A stretch of DNA of 64,000 bases from Eledone cirrhosa (taxonomy: Eukaryota), in the NCBI GenBank assembly GCA_964016885.1, contig OZ024744.1, positions 37,076,001 to 37,140,000 of the forward strand, given 5' to 3'. The notes below the pieces were generated by a model. That model searched no databases. It saw only the letters and a list, made by a program, of their open reading frames with translations, and was not told the DNA's origin. The stretch's first letter is position 1; every line of letters begins with the position of its first letter. The translations under genes were made by a program, and so were the position numbers. This document shows, in pieces, positions 24,601-38,369 of the stretch.

Positions 24601-26523
24601 GGCCATCAGTTCCTTGTTGGCCCTCCTGACGAGCACAAAGTTTTGTATGTATTGTTGGTGTGATTTTATTTGTTTGCGTGGCTGTGGTAGTGATGGTTTT
24701 GGTTGTGTTGTTTCGGTTGTGTCTGTGTTTGTTGTGAGTGCTGTGTCTGTGGTTTCAGATGTTTGTGTGTATATTTGTTCTTGCGTCTGTTTGGGTTGTT
24801 TGCGTTTTGGGGATTATGGTGATGGTGATGGTGGTGTTGATGTTGGTGTTGTTGGAGAGATGTTTGCGTGGGTAGTGTCTGCGTTTTTTATTGTGGGTGA
24901 TTTTGGGCTTTGTTAATTTTTTTTTTTTCTTTTTGTGTTTCCTTTTTTGTATTTTGGGGGATTTTGGTTTTCCCTCACCTTCACTACTGGTAGATGAGGG
25001 GTCTGTGTCTGTAAGTGTGTCTGTATGTACGTTTATGGTTTTATTGGTGTGTGAATTTTGGGAGGGAGGGGGAATTTGACAGCTTTCCTCATTTCCCCCC
25101 TGGGTGGTCAATGTTGGTGGTGGTCTTTCTATTGGTGTTGTTGTTGGTAGTTTTGCCGGTGCTGGTATTGGCTGTGGTCCTCTCTCCGGCGTCGGCAGCA
25201 GTGGAGCCTTTCGACCCCTTGGCTCTTTCAGCAGTTGAGGGCAGAAGGCTCGCAAATGGGTTTATTCCCCACAAACAAAACACTGCGGCCTTTTGCCTTC
25301 GGTCATAATGTGAATGACCGTCCCATTCTGAAGGCGGATGTGGTCCGGGATTGTCTTCACATTCTCGGACCTGATCTGGAGAAGGATCTCCAGGTCAACC
25401 CCGGACCAGTCCTCTATGACCGTTCTGCTCACTTCTATAGGGACTGTATCCGTCCCCTCCACAATCACACATCGCAGAAGCCACCACATGTCAAGTCCTG
25501 GTGGGATTCTGGGAATGCGGAGACGGGCCGTTCTTTTTCCCATGTGGGATGGGTACATTATGACCTTGCTGGTTTTGCAAGGAGTCATAGCGTGTTTCAT
25601 AGCGAGGGCTTCTGACTTGAACAACACCGAAATGGTGCCGTACTGTCTGCCCCTCTCTATGTATTCGGTGTCTTCTCTGATGCACCTCAGTGCGACTTCG
25701 ACATCTTCTTGTGGGATTAAAGCTGCCCTTTTGGGTTGTGCTGAGATGCATCTATAATGTACCGTTCTGCCCTCCACTGCCTCAATAGCTTCTACCGGGA
25801 CAGTTAAGTTGGCCCAGGTTTGCTCTTGCTTGATGAGCTTCCATGCCTGGGCCAACTTTTCATCTTTGTTTGAGAGGTCCATGTTGAAGCATGGCCTCCT
25901 CTTTACTGCTACCGCAGCGAAAGTTTTCTTGTTTTCGTTGGGGCTGTTGTCGTTGTTCCTGTTGGTGCTGTTGTTAGCACTGTCGCTGTTATCATTGTTG
26001 TCTTTGTTGCCACCGTTGTTCTCGGTGCAGTTGGTATTGTTGCTGTTGGTGTTGCCGCTATTTGTTTTCATGTTAGTGGTGTTGATATTGTTGTTGTATT
26101 TGTTTGTTTTATTTGTTATCTGTATTCTCGTTGTCGCTGTTACTGTCATTTATTTCAAAATGAGAGTTCTCATTGGTATCATTCGTGTCTTTCTTTACCT
26201 TGTTTGTGGTGGTGTTTGTGTTATCAATTTGTGTTAATTTCGCTGTAGCGCTCCTCTCAACGTCCACGTCGTTGTCGCAAGACAGCCGACATATCGCTGG
26301 GGGCGTGGCTCAGCCATGTTTTTTTTTTCTTCGTAAATTTTTTAATATGTAAAAAAGTTCAAATATTTTGAAACAAAAGGCCCAAATATTATACTCTCCC
26401 CTTCACGGGGCAAAGTCTAAGGGCTTATATCCATTATACAACAAGAAATATTCAACAACAAATAATTTTAACAGGCAAATAAAGCGACTTACTGTGATCG
26501 AGCAAAATACGTCCGCTTAGACC
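21651..26523 (-). mobile_element. Tx1 copy T3 (family B): 5' UTR, ORF1 (~26317-24357), ORF2 (24325 onward), 3' end missing
   Basis: ORF1 has the CCHC knuckle KRPQCFVCGE..HLRAFC. ORF2 has APE motifs LNVRGL, SETR, VYAP, GDWN, SDHK, YWKLN and RT motifs KAFDRVDH, RQGCP, AYADD. Frameshifted. Confidence 0.92.
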
Positions 26524-26548
26524 AATAATAATAATAATAATAATAATA

Positions 26549-26613
<65 letters not shown>
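26524..26613 (+). repeat. (AAT)n spacer 2
   Basis: Direct. Confidence 0.95.
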
Positions 26614-26614
<1 letters not shown>

Positions 26615-29600
26615 CTTTCTTTATTAACCACAAGGGTTTACACAAAGTAGACATTAAGGTCAGTACAGGACAATACTGGACGGTACAAAAGAGCATTTCT
26701 GCGTGTGAAAAAAACCAAAAACAGAGGATGTAATAATAGAACAATGAAAAAATTCCCCAATGGGGGGAGACTTTCGAGGGACATTCGTAGAGAAAGCCTA
26801 TTAATAAGCCACAGTGACCCTGACCACCAGGGCAAGTGCCCCCTCGCAGTTTTCCACCTTTAATTTACAGACAGATACTCAGCAATTTAACCGGTGCGTT
26901 CGTCCAGCGCCCGACGACGCTGTTGGATGGCATGGACTTGCCACTCCAGGCGCCGAGCTGCAAGCCCACTGACTTTTTCTGGTTGATCATTGCTCCTGTC
27001 ACCGCTTCGTATTCTCTTAGTGTAGTGCCGATCGCCTCGATGTGTTTGGCGTTCGACACCACTACGGTGACATCGTCCGCATATGCTGACACGGATCTTC
27101 CGCATCCTAGTTCACGTGGGACCCCCTCAACGTCTCCAGTTTGTGCACTAATGGCTCGAGAGTCAATACGTACAAGAGGGACGAGAGGGGACATCCTTGG
27201 CGGACAGAGCGCATGATGTTGAACGGTTCCGAAAGGTGACCGTTCACTCTCACCACAGAGCAGATGTCGCCTCGTCTAATTTTCTAATTAGTTCTCCCTC
27301 TGCTCTATTTTTCTCTATTGCTAAAGACTTACTGAACCTAATGGACTCTATTCTAATCGCTCTTTTCAGAGCAAACCACCACTTGTTGTTGACGATGGCC
27401 CCCGTCAACGCCCGCTTAACTAGTTCGCTAATCCAGTCTCGTCTAATTTTCTAATTAGTTCTCCCTCTGCTCTATTTTTCTCTATTGCTAAAGACTTACT
27501 GAACCTAATGGATTCTATTCTAATCGCTCTTTTCAGAGCAAACCACCACTTGTTGTTGACGATGGCCCCCGTCAACGCCCGCTTAACTAGTTCGCTAATC
27601 CAGTCTCTGTAGGCCTTGCGCGCTGGTAAGGACGCGTTTAGCTTCCAGTAACTGGGTCATCGACTATGAAGCCTATCTAAGTCAAGCACACAGATCACGA
27701 ATTTGTGGTCCGTGTAGCTGTCCAGGAAGATGGCCCGTATGGCGAGATCCAAACCTCTCCGAAAAAGCACAGCAACTCTTCCCCCGATCCAGGACGGCTG
27801 GGAGATGCGTACACATCGTAGCCGCCGAAGATCGGTGCGAAAGCCCGTGCTTCGGAGATTCTGGTCTCGCTGATGGCCACTACATCTATGTTTAGTGAAC
27901 TGAGGTCGTTGAGCAGGTGGCCCTGAATCCATGACCACCCCAAGCCACGCGCATTTATGCTGCCTATTCTGAATGAGGTCATGTTGAAATGGATTGGAAA
28001 AGATGGGAAGACCACTTACCTTACTTCTCGTAGAGGAAGGATGGTTTCGCCATCCTTTTCACTGCTTGTGGCCTCCTCCGGAAGGATGTCCTTATAAATC
28101 CTCCTGGAGAGTGCTTGTCGGAAGTCTCCGATGTGCTTGAGGAATTTTTGTTTTAGTGTCGTGTACGTTTTCTGCGTGATGTTAGTGATTTGTATGTGTG
28201 GAGGTGGTGTGAACTTTTGGGTTGTTGTGTAGTTTTTTTCTGTGATGTTGGTGTTGTGTTGGATGTAGTGTAATAATTGCTTGTTGTTCAAATTTAATGC
28301 TGTGTAGTGTGTATCGTTTTGGTTGTTTTGTTTTGTTTGCGTTTGTTGTGGGTTTGTTTCTGTTTCGCGCTTTGATGACTTTTGTGGTGTTGGTGATGGT
28401 GGTGTTGGGGTTAATGATGGTGATGGTGTTGGTGTTTGTGGTGATGGGGTTGGTGATGCTGGTGTGGATGGTGGCATAGCTGTCCTAACTTTTTTGTCTG
28501 TTAATTTATTTGTTTCCCTCTGTATTTTGTTTTTTGGAGGGGAAGGAAGGGGATTTTTTCTTTTTTGGTTTCTTTTTCTTTTTTTCTTTTTTTCCGATAC
28601 CGTTTACCACTCGTCGTCACAATCTGTCTCCAGTTGATGTAGGTCGGGGAGTGGAAAATCCTCCACAGGCGTTGGTTTTGGTGGTTGTGGGGTGGTGGAC
28701 GGTGTAGGCGCTGGTGCAATTTCTGGCGCGTTGGGTGATGGTGGTGTTGGTTTTGCTACTGTTGCTGGGGTTGTTGCTGTTACAGTTGCTTCTGTTGTTG
28801 CTGCTACAGTTGTTGCTGCCATTTCTGCTGCTGGTGGTATTGATGGTTGAGTCACTGGGGTGGGTAAGAGAGGAGGCCTCAACCTTTTAGCCTGAGGGCA
28901 GAAAGCCCTTAGGTGGGCTACTTCACCACAAACGACACACCTAGGCCGTCTGCCCTCGACGATTACGGTGAGGTTGCAGCCGTCAGTGAGGTCTATTACC
29001 TCTGGGATCTCCTCAATGCTTTTTTGGTCCGCTTGGATCAGGAGCTCCTTCCCAGATCCGGACCAGTTCTCCTGCTTTTCTTTCGCTATTTCGATCATCT
29101 TGATGTTGGCTTCGATGCCGGCGAGGACGGCAGCCATTAGCAAGGGAATTTCGATGGCCGGTGGAACGTGGGTCACTCTGATCTTCACGAGTCTCTGGCC
29201 ACAATAGTTTGGGACGAGTGTGAAGTCGTCACTTTTTAATGGGGCCATGGAGTGTTCTCTGGCTTCCTTTGGTGTTTCAAAGAACACGTCCACGGTTCCA
29301 TATTTCTGCCCACGTCTGGTGTGGGTTTCTTTTACCCACACATGTCCCAAAGCTTTTTGGATTTGGGACTCGGATGCCCATTCCACTCGGCGCGATTTTA
29401 GGTTAATCGTCCGATAAGACACGGTGCATAGGCACCCATGCTCCATTTTATTAGGTGTGTGGGGGGGAGGCTGACCCTGTACCCATCTTTCTTTACCATT
29501 TTTTTGGCTTCTTGTAATTCCTCCTGAGTTACCTGGAATGCTTCGCTTTTTTTGCTACTCTGACAAAAGACAGGATTTTCTTATTCTCATTGTTGCTGTT

Positions 29601-30154
29601 GTTGTTATCGTTATTTTTGTTATTGTTAATTTTATTTTCAGTTGTGGTGGTGGCGTCAGTGGTGTTCGGTGTGGAACAGTTCATTTTGGCTGAATTCGTT
29701 TCGATATCACGAGATAATTTATTTTTTTCTTTTGTTTCTGTTGTCGCTGTGGTGGTTGTGGGCGTGGCGGCTTCAACACCTGCAGTCATTGGTAATGGCG
29801 GGAAATGAACGTCTGCCTGAGACAAATTTAAAATATTGCTACTGCTTATATTTTTAGTGTTGTCAAACGTAGTAATATTTGCAATGGTCGTGTCGGTGTG
29901 AGGTGTTAGTTTGTGAGGAAGGCTCTCAGCTACTGGGTTCAGCTGTGAGTCGGCCATGATTTTTCAAAGAAAATTATAAAAGTTTAAATTTTGGGCTCAA
30001 GGCCCCAATCTTTTTGAGTGGCCTTATCAGAAAACAATGTATGTGCACTTATATACAGTTAACAATAAACATTTCCCATAAATATCAATTTTAAACAACT
30101 GAAAATAACAAACCTGCGGAGCTCACGATTATACGATTTACTACGTAGATCGCC
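26614..30154 (-). mobile_element. Tx1 copy T4 (family A): both ends present, ORF1 (29957-28016) largely complete, ORF2 (27982-26865) with three large internal deletions
   Basis: ORF1 RRPRCVVCGEVAHLRAFC. ORF2 jumps IFLD->SYTDHK, KLDE->[10 protein letters not shown] and PVKLL->SICL* relative to the sister copies. Confidence 0.9.
27271..27607. repeat. 167-bp tandem duplication inside T4
   Basis: ctcgtctaattttc... begins at 27271 and again at 27438, with CTC shared at the junction. Confidence 0.9.
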
Positions 30155-30163
30155 AATAATAAT

Positions 30164-30224
<61 letters not shown>
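30155..30224 (+). repeat. (AAT)n spacer 3
   Basis: Direct. Confidence 0.95.
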
Positions 30225-30226
<2 letters not shown>

Positions 30227-33200
30227 GATTTCATTTATTAGCCACAAGGGCTGACATGTAGGGGACAATACAAAGACAGGGACAGTGGGGGTTTACAATA
30301 AGGTCGAGTAAAAGTGCACAATGGCAAGACTAATTTAACAATGAAAATATAAAAATATAAAATAAACTATGCATAAATATTACAAAATAAATTCCCCGAT
30401 AGGGGGTGGACAACCCTGGGGTGATTCGGGTACCCCACCAATCCTGAACCACCCTGCGCTTCTAGGGCACCCAGGGAGAGCACTCTTCTCCTCAAGTTAG
30501 CTAGCCTATAGGCGCATGGTCAGAGTAGGCCCATTCACACGAGCCATTCTCGCCACATTCACCCACCTTTTAGCAAATGTACTGGGGGGGCAGCACTTCT
30601 CTCTCCACTCTCACCCTCCTTTCCAGGTGAAACTTGAAGAAGTTGATGAGGGATTGGCCGAAAAGAAAAGTGTCTGTCTTTAGTCCTTTCAACCTGGTCC
30701 ACCTTATAATCTCTTTCGCAACTGCCACCAAACAGAGGAAAATGTCCTGTTCTTCCTGACATAAGGAAAGTGGCGGCTCGATCTTCACTATGGACTCGGC
30801 CGATAGCCGGATTCGTTCCACACGCGACAGTAGCTGTTCGACATAACTCCACAAGTCAGTAATGCACGGACATTGGACAAGTGCGTGCAGAACGGTTTCG
30901 TCGTTCTGTGCGCATCTTGGGCAGGTCCGTCTGACAGCACTTCCGTGCCTGTAGAGTTTATCCCGAACCGGCAGTGCCCCCCGGTAGCACTGCCAAGCGA
31001 GGGATTTCTGGAAATTGTCCATCGTCCCCGGCTCAAAAGTCCTCCGGTACAGACTGGTCAGTTCGACTTCGTCGAGGCCCAAAGCTTCTCCGAGTGCGTC
31101 ATCGCACTTGCCCACCACTAATCCTCTATAAAACTCGAGAGTGGAAGTTCCACTGATCGCATTGCCCGCTTGGTAGAGGGCAGTGAGTGCCTGGCAACAT
31201 TCCAGGTGCCAGTCACCCAGTCTCGGTCTCTTCTTGACCCAGGACTGCAGCTCAGTCAAAGAAATGAGCTGCGGAAAGGCCCGTCTGATAAACGGCGACC
31301 ACACCTGTTCACCATTGAGGCAGAATATCTGGAGATGTCGCAGCCTCGACGCATGTCTGCGCATCATTAGCCACGGCATGCCCAGCCCTCCGTGTTGAGG
31401 GTGCTGGCAGCAGATGGACCGCCTCACCAACGGAACTTGTCCCCTCCACAAGAATTTGAAGAGGAGCCGTTCCAACATGACGAGGCGCGGACGGGGGCAA
31501 GGCACGACGGTTAGGCGGTAGTAGATGACGGACGCGATGTACGCATTCGCCACCTCCGCGCGACCTTTCAGTGATAGCTTCCTCCCAGCCCATTTTTGGG
31601 TGAGACTGGCTACTCTGCTCGTTACCTCGTCCCAATTCTTTTCCACCTGGAGGTCTGGTCCGAACCAAACCCCGAGCAACTTTACTGATCCGTCCGTCCA
31701 GCGCCCCACGACGCTGTTGGACGGCATGGGCTTTCTTCTCCAGGTTCCGAGCTGCAAGCCCACCGAATTTTCCGGGTTAAGTTTCGCTCCTGTCAACCTT
31801 TCATATTCCTTCAATAAGGTGCCGATCACCTCGATTTCTGAGGTGTTCGACACCATTACGGTGATGTCGTCCGCATAACCCGACACCGCCTTTCCACGTC
31901 CCGTTCGAGCGGGATGCCCTGCAACAGCTCCAGCTTCCGCAGTAAAGGCTCGAGAGTCAATACAGAAGGGAAGAGAGAGGGCACCCTTTACGAACCGATC
32001 GGGAGAGCCGAAATGGTTCCGAGAGGTGGCCATTAACCTTGACCACTGAGTGTGTGCCGCTGTTCATTGCAGCGATCCAGCTTCTAAATACAGGGCCGAA
32101 GCCAGCTGCTTTGAGGACAAACTCCAGATACCGATGGTCGACATTATCGAATGCTTTCGATTGATCTAAATTGATCAGTGCCCCACCGAAGCCAGGTTTA
32201 CACCCTACCCTCTCTATGATGTATCGCATGAGATTGTCGTGTATCGACCTGGCTGGGATTGCGCAAGTCTGCGCCTCCCCAACCAAATCCTCGACGACAA
32301 GCGCCAATCTCTTTGCTAACACCTTGGTCAACATCTTAAACTCTGTGTTGAGCAGAGTTATGGGCCTGAAGTTGTCTAATGTATCCCTCTCGTTCTCGTC
32401 TTTCCTTATCAGCGTCACCACTCCCCTGCTCACAGAACTGGGAATACTCCGATTCTGCTGCCAGTTACCGTAGAGTGCTTCGAGGAGTTCGGAGAACAAG
32501 TCTGGCATATTTACGTAAAGCTCGTAGGGCAGGCCATCCAAACCGGGTAACTTGCGCCTCATGCAGCCGACAAGGGCGTCATGAATTTCGGCTGAAGTAA
32601 TCGGCCTTTCGCAGCGCTCAGCGTCGACCGTTGAGATGCGCGGCAAGCCGTCAAGGTAGGGACTGAAATCCGCTACTCTTTCTGACTCTCCACTCTCCGC
32701 TAACAACCGAGCAAAGTGCTGGCAAAAGGCCTCACACGTCTACTTGGAATCGCTTATCTCGTGTCCGTCTCGGTCCGCCAAAGACCGAATTGTGGTTTTA
32801 TTACCACGCTGCGCCTCCGCCACGCGGGCCCATCGCACAGCTTTAGTTCCCTCGTTTTTCAGCGCACGCGCCTTAGCTCTGACAATGCAACCTTCGTGTT
32901 TGGCATTGAAGAAATGGTCTAATGCCATTCTCGCCGCTAGCATGTCAGTTGCGATGCCACTACAAATAGCCACGTCTAACTTATCTTCCAGCTCCCCCTC
33001 CTTTCTATTTTTCTCTAACGCTAGTTCTTTGCTGAACTCTATCGAAGTTACTCTAATCTCTCTTTTGAGAGCCCCCCACCATCTGTTGTTGATGATCTCG
33101 CCTGTCAACTTTTTCTTAACTAAATTGTTGACTCGGTCCCTGTAAGCCTTACGTGCCGGAAATGACATGTTCAGCTTCCAGTAACCAGGTCCTAACCTAT

Positions 33201-36112
33201 GCGTTTTATTTAGGTCGACCGTACAGATCACAAATTTGTGATCTGAATAGGCGACCGTTTTAAAAAGTGGACAGCCGACACTATTTCTATCTATTTTCTA
33301 ATGAAGATTCTGTCTATATACGATCTAGATGACCCCATTCGGTTGGTCCATGTCCATACTGGCACATTGGGGAAATCTAGTCGATACCTGTCAGACAGTT
33401 GGAACTGGCTGAGTAGGTGCTTGAGGCTTTTGTACCCCCCGCTCCTATCGGCTACTCCCACACAATCCCAGCGTGCGTCTAAGATGCCATTCCAGTCTCC
33501 CGCTAACAGTAAAGGGCAAGACGTACCCAGAAAGGTCTCCAGGCGCCTAAATAAGTCAGGTCGTCCGGCCCCTGTAGAGGCGTAGACGCCAGCAGTCTAA
33601 AGGCACCACCTTCGCTACTGCTCACATCCAAGACCACCAACTTACCGTCCGCGTCCCGGAAGATCGACCTTACCTCGAGATCCAGTCCTTTCCTAAACAG
33701 CACTGCCACCCCACCCCCCATTCCCGGACTGCTAACAGATGCGAAGATCTGATAGTCATCGGAAATGGGGGCTAGTGTGCGCGTGTCGGAAATTCTGGTC
33801 TCGCTGACGGCAATCACATCCATTTCAAGCGACCTGAGGTCGTTGAGCAGGCGACCCTGCTTCCAGGGTGACCCCAGGCCGCGAACATTTAAACTTCCTA
33901 CTCTTAATATGGCCATATTGGTAAGCTAAGAGATAGAGGGGGAAGGTTTACTTACCTCCCGGGTCTTGTGAAGGTCGGGTGGTTCGACCTCCATGGTTGG
34001 TGGGGTTTCTTTTGGGTACCCCTTTAAAAGTCTTGATGTGGGTTTCACATTCGGGTTTCCCACGTCTTGAGGAAAGCTCTCTCGAATTTCTTTGAAGGAA
34101 TTGAGTGACATTCGGACCAGAAGCAAATCTTCTGGCACGCAAAATGTGCTCATTTCAAAAATCTCCCCATCTGTTTGAATGTCCTCGTTTGCGCTAAGAG
34201 GGCCATCAGTTTATCGTTGGCCCTTCTGACAAGCACGAAGATTTTAACATTTTGTTGGTGTGGTTTTATTTGTTTTCGTTTTGGTGAATGTGGTGGCGAT
34301 GGTTTTGGTGGTGTTGTTTCGGGTATGTCTATGTGTGTTGTAGGTGTGGTGTCTGCAATTTCAGGTATTTGTGTGCTTATTTGTACTTGTGTTTGTTTAG
34401 GTTGTTTGCGTTTCGGGGATTGTGGAGGTGGTGTCGATGTTGCTGATGGTGCTGATGTTATTGGGGAAGTGTCTGTGTTAGTGGTGTCTGTATTTTTTGT
34501 TGTGTGTGTTTTTGTGTTTTGTTGGGGCTTTTTTTGTGAGTTTTCTCTGTTTTTTTGCACTTTGGGGTTTTCCTTCATCTTCGCTGCTGGAAGACAAATG
34601 GTCTGTGTCTGTGAGTGTCTCCGGGTCTGTGTGTGCGTTTATTTTTTCTTTGTCTATGTGTATAGTTGGGGGGTAGGGGGAGTGGGAGAGCTTTCCTCGT
34701 TTTCTCCTTGGATTGGTTTTGGTGCTGGTGGTGATCCGGCTGCTTTTGATGTTGGTGTCCGTGTTTTTGTTGATGTTGTTTTTGGTAGTGGTGGTGGTGC
34801 AGCTTTCCGTGCTGACACTGGCGTTGGAAACAAAGGAGGTCTGCGACCCCCTGCATTTTTGCGCTGAGTGCAGAAGGCTTGAACATGTGTGGCTTCCCCG
34901 CAAACGAAGCAGCGTGGCCTTCTTCCGTTAATCATTAGTTGGATTGTTGTCCCGTCCTGCAGGCGGGAAAAATCTGGGATGTTATTCATATCCTCCGGTT
35001 TCATTTGGAGAAGAATCTCCAAATCCATTCCGGACTAGTCCTCTCTCTCTGTCCTTTTGATGTCCAGGAGGGTGGTGTCTGTCCCCTCCTCGATTACGCA
35101 TCCCAGCAGCCACCATATGTTCATTCCTGGTGGGATGCTGGGAATGCGTACCTTCACTGTCCTTTTACCCATATAGGACGGATGCATGATAATGCGTTCC
35201 GTTCTGCAGGGGGTCACCGAGTGCTTAATAGCGAGGGCCTCGGTTTTGAACAGTACCGAGAAGGTACCGAACTGTTTGCCTCTTGCTTTGTACTCTATGT
35301 TACTTCCGATGTACTCCAAAGCAGCCTCTACCTCTACTTGGCTCGCAAGTTCCACTTTTCGTGTCTGCACCGAAATACATCGAAAGAGCACCGTCCTCCT
35401 TTGCATAGCCGCTATTGCCTCGTCCGGGTTGGTCAGGTTTGCCCAGGACTTCTCCCGTTTAATTAGCCTCCACGCCTTGGCCAACTGTTCGTCTTTATCG
35501 CTAATATCAATATCGATATTCAATAAGCGCTTTGTTTTTGCTGCTGCTGCAGCAAATGTGGTGTTTCTGATGCTCTTATTGTTGTTGTTGTCATTCTTGC
35601 TGTTCCCACCACCATCCTTGTTTAGATTGAAGCTGTCGGTGTTTTTGTCGTTATTGCTCTGAGTTGTTGTTGTTGTGGTGGCGGTGGTGGTGGCGGTGGT
35701 GGTGATGTCGTTTTCAGATGATACTGCTGCTATGCCAGAAGGTTGTGATGGTAGCTTTTTAGTTTTGCCTTCACATTCAGTAGAGTGGATGACAGGCATG
35801 ACTGTAGCCGTCGTAGTCGTGGTGAAATCTGCAGTGGCTGCCTTTAAACTTTTGACCTGAACGTTGTTTACCGTTTCAAGGTCTAAAATTTCCATAATTT
35901 TCTTTTGGTGGGGAAGCGATTTTTTTCGAAGTTTTTAAAAAATAAATCTGAATATTCGGGCTTAGAGCCCGGATATTGAGAGGTATCCCTCTCTTTAAAT
36001 CAAGATGTTTATCTTAAGTTTCGTTAATGACAAGAAAATACAAAAAAAAAAACACTTTAAAACAGCTTAAAGCTACGAACCTTTTCCCCCGCAGACTTGT
36101 TTGTCTTCACAC
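30225..36112 (-). mobile_element. Tx1 copy T5 (family C), essentially full length: ORF1 35895-33926, ORF2 33916-30506, frameshifted
   Basis: ORF1 RRPRCFVCGEATHVQAFC. ORF2 has APE, RT (GYADD) and CPRC..ETVLHALVQC. AATAAA lies just before the tail. Confidence 0.93.

Positions 36113-36201
<89 letters not shown>
36113..36201 (+). repeat. (AAT)n spacer 4
   Basis: Direct; it produces the artefactual poly-Ile in ORF 36101. Confidence 0.95.
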
Positions 36202-36203
<2 letters not shown>

Positions 36204-37467
36204 ACAAAAAAATGAAGGAATTGTTAAGAACTGAATACATTCGGAGAGTAAGGAGCGTATTGAAGTCTCATCTGAACAGCAGAAATGCCATAAGCGCAGT
36301 AAATTCCCGAGCTGTGTCTATTATTAGGTACAGTGCGGGAATTCTGAGATGGAATGTTGCTGAACAAAAAGAAATGGATAGGAAGACTAGGAAGCTATTG
36401 ACTATCTACAACATGTTCCACAAGAGGAGTGATGTCGATAGACTCTACCTAAGGAGATCTGAGGGTGGAAGAGGTCTTATCAGCATAGAGGACTGTGTTC
36501 AGATGGAGAAAAACAACCTATACAAATACGTGACCTATAGTAAGGAGCCAATGCTCAGAGGTGTACTGAAGGAGGGGACAGTAGGCCAGGGGATATCCAA
36601 GGAGGAAATAACATCAAGGAGGAAGAGCAGCCTTAAGGGAAAATCCCTTCATAGTACCTTCTTTGAGAAAACTGAATTTAGAGATCCACAGACATGGAAC
36701 TGGTTGAGAAGAGGAGACCTCAAAAAGGCTACAGAAGGAATGCTAATGGCTGCGCAGGAGCAGGCCCTCAAAACGAAGTGGTTGAAGCACCATATCTACA
36801 AGGAGGAGGCTAGCCCACTGTGCAGGATCTGTGGAGAGAGAGAGGAGACTGTGGCTCACATTGTGTCCGAGTGTAAACACCTAGCCCAGACCCACTATAA
36901 GGGCTGGAGACACGATGTGATGGGCAGGGTGATCCACTGGCACCTGTGCAAAGTAAACAATCTACCACATTCTGAGAAATGGTATGAGCATAGGCCAGAG
37001 GCGGTGATGGAGAACAGTCAGGTGAAGGTGCTGTGGGATTTTAGGATACAGACGGACAAAAAACTGGAACACAATAGACCTGACCTGGTGGTTGTGGACA
37101 AAGAAAAAAGATCGTGCCTGATTGTGGATGTGGCCTGCCCGTTCGACACGAGAGTGCAAGAGAAGGAGAGGGAGAAAATTAACCGATACCAGGACCTAAA
37201 GTGGGAGGTGAAAAGGATTTGGAACTGCCATGAAGTCAAAGTGATCCCGATTGTCATAGGCGCACTGGGGACTATCTCCAAAGGTTTCCAGGGATGGTTA
37301 AAGAAAATCGGCCCCTTCACGCTTTTTGGAACGCTTCAAAAGGCATGCTTGCTTGGAACGGCAAGAACCCTCCGATACGTCCTGAATATCTGAGGCTGCA
37401 GGTAGTGGCTTGATATTCAATCCAACGGACTTTCCAGTTAACCAACATCAATGACTGAGATTCAAGG
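36202..37467 (+). mobile_element. R4/Dong-clade copy D1, 5'-truncated (thumb, CCHC, RLE, 3' UTR)
   Basis: Nearly identical to 41140-42405. Motifs CRIC..ETVAHIVSEC, RHD, RPDLVV, DVACP. Confidence 0.92.
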
Positions 37468-37479
37468 AATAACAATAAC

Positions 37480-37549
<70 letters not shown>

Positions 37550-37555
37550 TAATAA
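37468..37555 (+). repeat. (AATAAC)2(AAT)n spacer 5
   Basis: Direct. Confidence 0.95.
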
Positions 37556-37721
37556 GGGAAGAAGACGCACGAGGTGACGGAGGTCATGAAATCGCTCCCG
37601 TAAGTTTTGAATTTTTAACATATTTAAATCATTTGTGAAATAACAACTCTTAGTACAAATGCTACGTAAAGCACCCGGCTTGAGCCCAAAAAAAATTCGG
37701 ACCCAAAATATATTGTTATAA

Positions 37722-38369
37722 GGCTCAAATATTCAAATATTCAACTTTGTATTGTACACTGTATATCCAAAAAAAAATGGCTATAAATGGAAGAAGAAGA
37801 ACCCCCCCCCCCTCCTCTCCTCTGGCTACACTATATAGGACAGCTAAACTCACCAACACCAGAAACTAGATACACCACCCACCCCATCATCTGTGTACAC
37901 TAAACACAACAACATTTACACCTTCACCGCCACCGCTCACTACGGCCATCATTACCACCACTATCCCATCACCGCCGCCACCACCCCTTGACTCCTTCAC
38001 TGCTGCTGCCACCGCTACAGCACCATCACTACAGTAATACGGCTCAAATATTCAAATATTCAACTTTGTATTGTACACTGTATATCCAAAAAAAATAAAT
38101 AAAATGGGTATAAATGGAAGAAGAAGAACCCCCCCCCCCTCCTCTCCTCTGGCTACACTATATAGGACAGCGAAACTCACCAACACCAGAAACTAGATAC
38201 GCCACCCACCCCATCATCTGTGTACACTAAACACAACAGCATTTTCACCTTCACCGCCACCGCTCACTACGGCCATCATTACCACCACTATCCTATCACC
38301 GCCGCCACCACCCCCTGACTCCTTCACTGCTGCTGCCACCGCTACAGCACCATCACTACAGTAATACGG
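37722..38369. repeat. ~320-bp tandem duplication in the D2 5' leader
   Basis: ggctcaaatattcaaatattcaac... starts at 37722 and at 38041; both units end acagtaatacgg and differ at few positions. Confidence 0.9.

Noticed and set aside
26860-27730. T4 internal deletions as spliced-out introns
   Set aside because: The one junction checkable against T2 shows CT microhomology, not GT-AG boundaries.
36101-36201. Poly-isoleucine N-terminus of the 430-aa ORF as a membrane anchor
   Set aside because: It is the (AAT)n spacer read in frame from a TTG into a 5'-truncated element.
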